From: Bispira polyomma
Lineage: Eukaryota
Length of the DNA: 64,000 nucleotides
Assembly: GCA_965649765.1 (NCBI GenBank)
Contig: OZ287749.1
Span: forward strand, 1,426,001 to 1,490,000
Reading direction: 5' to 3'
The position numbers and the translations under genes are program-made. Positions within the stretch are counted from its first letter, which is position 1; each line of letters opens with the position of its first letter. The notes under the pieces were generated by a model. That model was not told the DNA's origin, did no database searches, and worked only from the letters and a program-made list of their open reading frames with translations. Positions 60,323-64,000 of this stretch are shown here, in pieces.

Positions 60323-60359
60323 TATGTGTCTACGTAAGGGTAGGATATTTCGTTCAAAG

Positions 60360-60743
60360 AGCTTTAAGTCACGGTAGCATTTAATCTTTCTTTTGCGGCA
60401 TCGAAAATAACAATATATATTTATATTAAAACAAATATGTTCAACAAGCGATAAGAGACCAGTTCACGCCTGGGTACCAATAGACCCTCGAAATTGATGT
60501 TCCTGCAAAGAATATCTTGGTACCCGGGCGTAAACTGGTCTCCGTCCACTAGACGTCGGGTCGAATACTTTCTCTGAATTTATTTAGATATTTGCTTTGA
60601 TAGACGCAGTGTTTATATACAGTTTAATAAATCAATGAGCAATATCGTGAATCCATGTTTCCACTTTACAATATTGTTATTGCAGACAGATAAATATAGC
60701 CATTTTCAGGGACTTCTATCCGTGCTACCGTCACCTAAAGCTT
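60360..60743. mobile_element. MITE with internal hairpin
   Basis: AGCTTTAAGTCACGGTAGCA / TGCTACCGTCACCTAAAGCT ends. Internal GAGACCAGTT..CGCC..GGTACCAA / TTGGTACC..GGCG..AACTGGTCTC. Confidence 0.65.
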
Positions 60744-61063
60744 TCCGTATTTCTTTTGTATCTACGTACTGTACTGGTAGATAATTTCATATGGTCAGAT
60801 ATGTCTTCTAACAAGAGCAGCTGAGTGGTGTATATTTAAAATTATATGACAGTCCAGGAACGGCCTAAAGTGTCTCACATACATGCCAACTTTACAACAT
60901 GACTCCTTACTCAGACAGCTCCCTACACAACAACGCGATTTGACTTGGAGAAATCAACTTATACTAAAAGGTCTGTAACCATTATGTACAATGCGCACTT
61001 CCTTCCTGCAGATCCAGGTCTCTGTTCTTAAAATAAAAATAAAACCAATGAGACAGTTAAGCC

Positions 61064-64000
61064 TCAACAATAAGTTAATCTGTCAGGAGGTTTCCTAACC
61101 CTAGTCGACCTGCGACAGGGTTCCCCCTCATGAGAAAGTCCAGACTTGGTCTTATCTTCCTCTAATTCCTCATGCTCCCCAGAGTTGGCCAACAAGGTTC
61201 AAGGGCTTGACAACCTCAGTATTTTGGTAACACTCCTCATAATTCTGAGGACTCCTGTCCTCAATATCATCCTCCGTGGATGATTCAGTGTGCACACTAA
61301 TCAGGTGTGGAATCCTTCGGGATTCCCCACCTACTTCATGGTGACTTGATACTTGACTAAGTCAGTCATCATTCCCCGAACTTGAGTCAGTTGATGACAA
61401 GAAATTTAGTTTTGTCCGTTCTTTGTAGGGTTTGAGCCTGTTAAAGTGAACTACCAAAGCCCCTGACCTAGGCTTAGTAATTTCATATACCACCTCAATG
61501 TACCTTGTAATTATCTTGTATGGCCCTTGCCATTTCCCTTGTAATTTTGCTGAAAGTCCCTTTTTCCTAGCTGTTACTGATAACCATACCAGATCGCCAA
61601 CCTTGTAAGCCTTTCCCGCAATTTTCCTGTCATAAAGTCGCTTTTGCCTTTCGGCACTCAACCTTAAATGATCCCTGGCTATTTGGAAGCTCTCTTCCAT
61701 TCTAGTCCTTAACTGGCTAACATATTCTGAGGCATCCATGTCATGCTGATTTGGTGGTCTTCCCAGTAGTAGATTAATTGGAAGGGTAGCTTCTCTTCCA
61801 AACACCATTTTGTAAGGTGATATCCTAGTACTTTCCTGTGGTGTTGACCTGTATGCTAACATCAAGAAGGGTATGTGAACATCCCAGTCATGTTGATCTC
61901 CTGAGACAAAATAACTAATCATCGTTTCCAGGGTACGGTTAAATCTTTCTACCATACCATTGGAGCTTGGATAGTATCCTGTTGTCCTGGGTTTATCTAT
62001 TTCACACAGTCCCATAAATCCCTCTGACTCGAACTGTGACCCCTGATCTGACATAATTTCATATGGCATTCCAAAAGTGCAAATGAAGCGTTCCATTAAT
62101 TTCCTGGCAACTGTCCTGGCCTCCTGATTTGGCATTGGTATGGCCTCTGTTCACTTAGTGAAGTGGTCAGCCAATACCAGAATGTACTGATTCCCTCTCC
62201 TATTTTTTGGAAGTGGCCCCAAAATATCAATAGTGACCCTCTCAAATGGACATCCACTTACGAATTTCTTCAGTGGGGCTGTTCTTTTCTTCGAAGGTCC
62301 TTTTCTTGCTGCACATGTATCACATTGCTTACACCTTCTCTCAACAGAATCCCTGTATCTGTACCAGAAAAATCTTTCCTTTACTCTGTCGTATGTCTTC
62401 TGTTCTCCTAAATGTTCTGATGTTATTGAATTGTGCATTTGTTTCATGATTTCTTCCTTTAAACACTCAGGTACTACCAACTTCTTTATTTTCTTTCCTT
62501 TTCCTGCTTCCCACATGAAGTACAGAACACCATTTTCTAGTGTAAGGTGATCCCATTTACTCCAATAAGCTTTTAGCTCCTCTCCTTCCATTGATATTGT
62601 CTCCCATGCTGGCCTTTGATCTGATACTTCTTTCCACTCCGTGACCTTTCTCAATACAATATCCTCCAATTGCCATTTTCTAAGGTCACTGACGTCCCAT
62701 GGTACTATCCATGCACCACTACTGCCCACTGTCTGTACCAACACTTCTGGCCTGTGCCGTCCACACTGCCTGCATGGAATTCTGGATAGAGCATCTGCAT
62801 TTTCATGCTTCTTTCCTGGACGATGCTGAATTTCAAAATCAAACGGTGCTAAAATCTCTAGCCATCTTGCCATCTGTCCATCAAGGTTTTTAAAATTGAT
62901 CAACCACTGAAGTGAACATGATCGGTGTGTACCAGAAACTCTTTGCCAAGCAAGTAGTGCCTAAAATGCTTCACAAAAATAAACTACAGAGCATAATTCT
63001 TTCCTTGTGACGCAGTAATTTCTTTCACTTCTTGAAAATGTTTTACTTCCATATGCAATCACTCGCTCCTGTCCGTCCTGTACCTGGCTTAGTACTGCTC
63101 CCATAGCCACCTCTGATGCATCCATGTCTAGTATAAACGGGTCCTTTGTGTTTGGATATGCTACACTGGCATGCTTGTTAACCTTCCTTTAAGCTCTAAA
63201 AATGCTGTCTGACACTTTTCGCTTCACCAAAACGCTGTTCCTTTCTCAGTGAGCCTGTGCAGTGGTTTAGCAATCTTTGAAAATGACTTTATAAACTTTC
63301 TGTAGTAGGCACAGATCCCAATCAGACTCCTTACCTGGCTTACTGAAGTAGGAGTTGGCAATTCTTTGATTGCTCTTGTCTTTTCTGGGTCAGTTGAAAT
63401 TCCATCCTTTGAAACTATATGCCCCAAAAATGGTACCTTCTGTTGAAATAGGACACACTTCTTTGATTTCAGTGTAAGACCAGATTCAGGTAATTTTTAA
63501 AATACCAATCTGAGCCTCTCCAAACCTTGTTCAAAACTTATACTAAATGAGATTATATCATCGACATACAGAAGTAGCTCTTTCCACTGCAAACCTGCAA
63601 AGATGGTTTCCATTAGCCTCTCAAAAGTAGCTGTTCCATTTGCTAGACCAAAAGGTAGGACCTTATACTGGTACAGGCCATATCTTCCGGTAGCAAAAGC
63701 TGTCTTTTCCTTATCACTGGGATCAATTTCGCTCTGGTTATATCCACTGGCCAAATCTAGTGTAGAAAAGTACTTAGCTCCTGACAGATGGTACAGGCTC
63801 GTTTGAACCGAAGGTACGCTGTAGGAGTCTTTTTTAGATACATCATTAACGCGGCGAAAATCAATACATGTCCTCAAACTGTTATCCTTTTTGTGTACTA
63901 AGACTATTGGTGAACAATATCAATATCATGTCTTCCATAGCTTTATCTACTTCTTTTCTTAAATGGATCGGGACTGGCCTCGGTCTTTGTCATATTGGTG
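61064..64000 (-). mobile_element. Ty3/Gypsy LTR retrotransposon pol (RT-RNase H-integrase), disrupted, runs off the window end
   Basis: RT: CIDFRRVN, LDLASGY, LPFGL, YVDD. RNase H: ARWLEIL...HRPGKKHENADALSR. Integrase: H...HLG...CxxC, IDILGP, SDQG, NGMVER, GPY. C-terminal RRSTRVRKPPDRLTYC* ends at 61064. Confidence 0.97.

Overview
AT-rich (my estimate ~35% GC) animal genomic DNA, probably from a mollusc or other lophotrochozoan, judging by the SINE, MITE and L2 content. It is not prokaryotic, and I found no CRISPR arrays or rRNA. Two spliced host genes can be rebuilt by hand with phase-consistent GT-AG junctions; the ORF track shows only fragments of them. One is a 4-exon type II membrane DUF1647-like gene (1714-10055, +, 358 aa). 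The other is a 6-exon TIMP-family gene (41226-49646, +, 241 aa) with a His-rich extension before Cys1 and 18 cysteines. There is also a probably pseudogenised secreted PAN/Apple-like gene (16725-18961) and a minus-strand C2H2 zinc-finger gene (58440-55744) broken by two insertions, downstream of a Gypsy pol. The rest is mostly transposon debris and tandem arrays: several L2/CR1-group LINE families (two near full length, with 2A-like NPGP/NLGP leaders, one with a canonical splice acceptor 1 nt before its ATG), two convergent DIRS/Ngaro-type gag remnants, a solo LTR with TSD, a Penelope GIY-YIG fragment, a Harbinger-type MADF ORF, an L1/Tx1 remnant, SINEs, MITEs and about 10 mini/microsatellites. 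All family assignments come from motif recognition by eye; no database searches were run.
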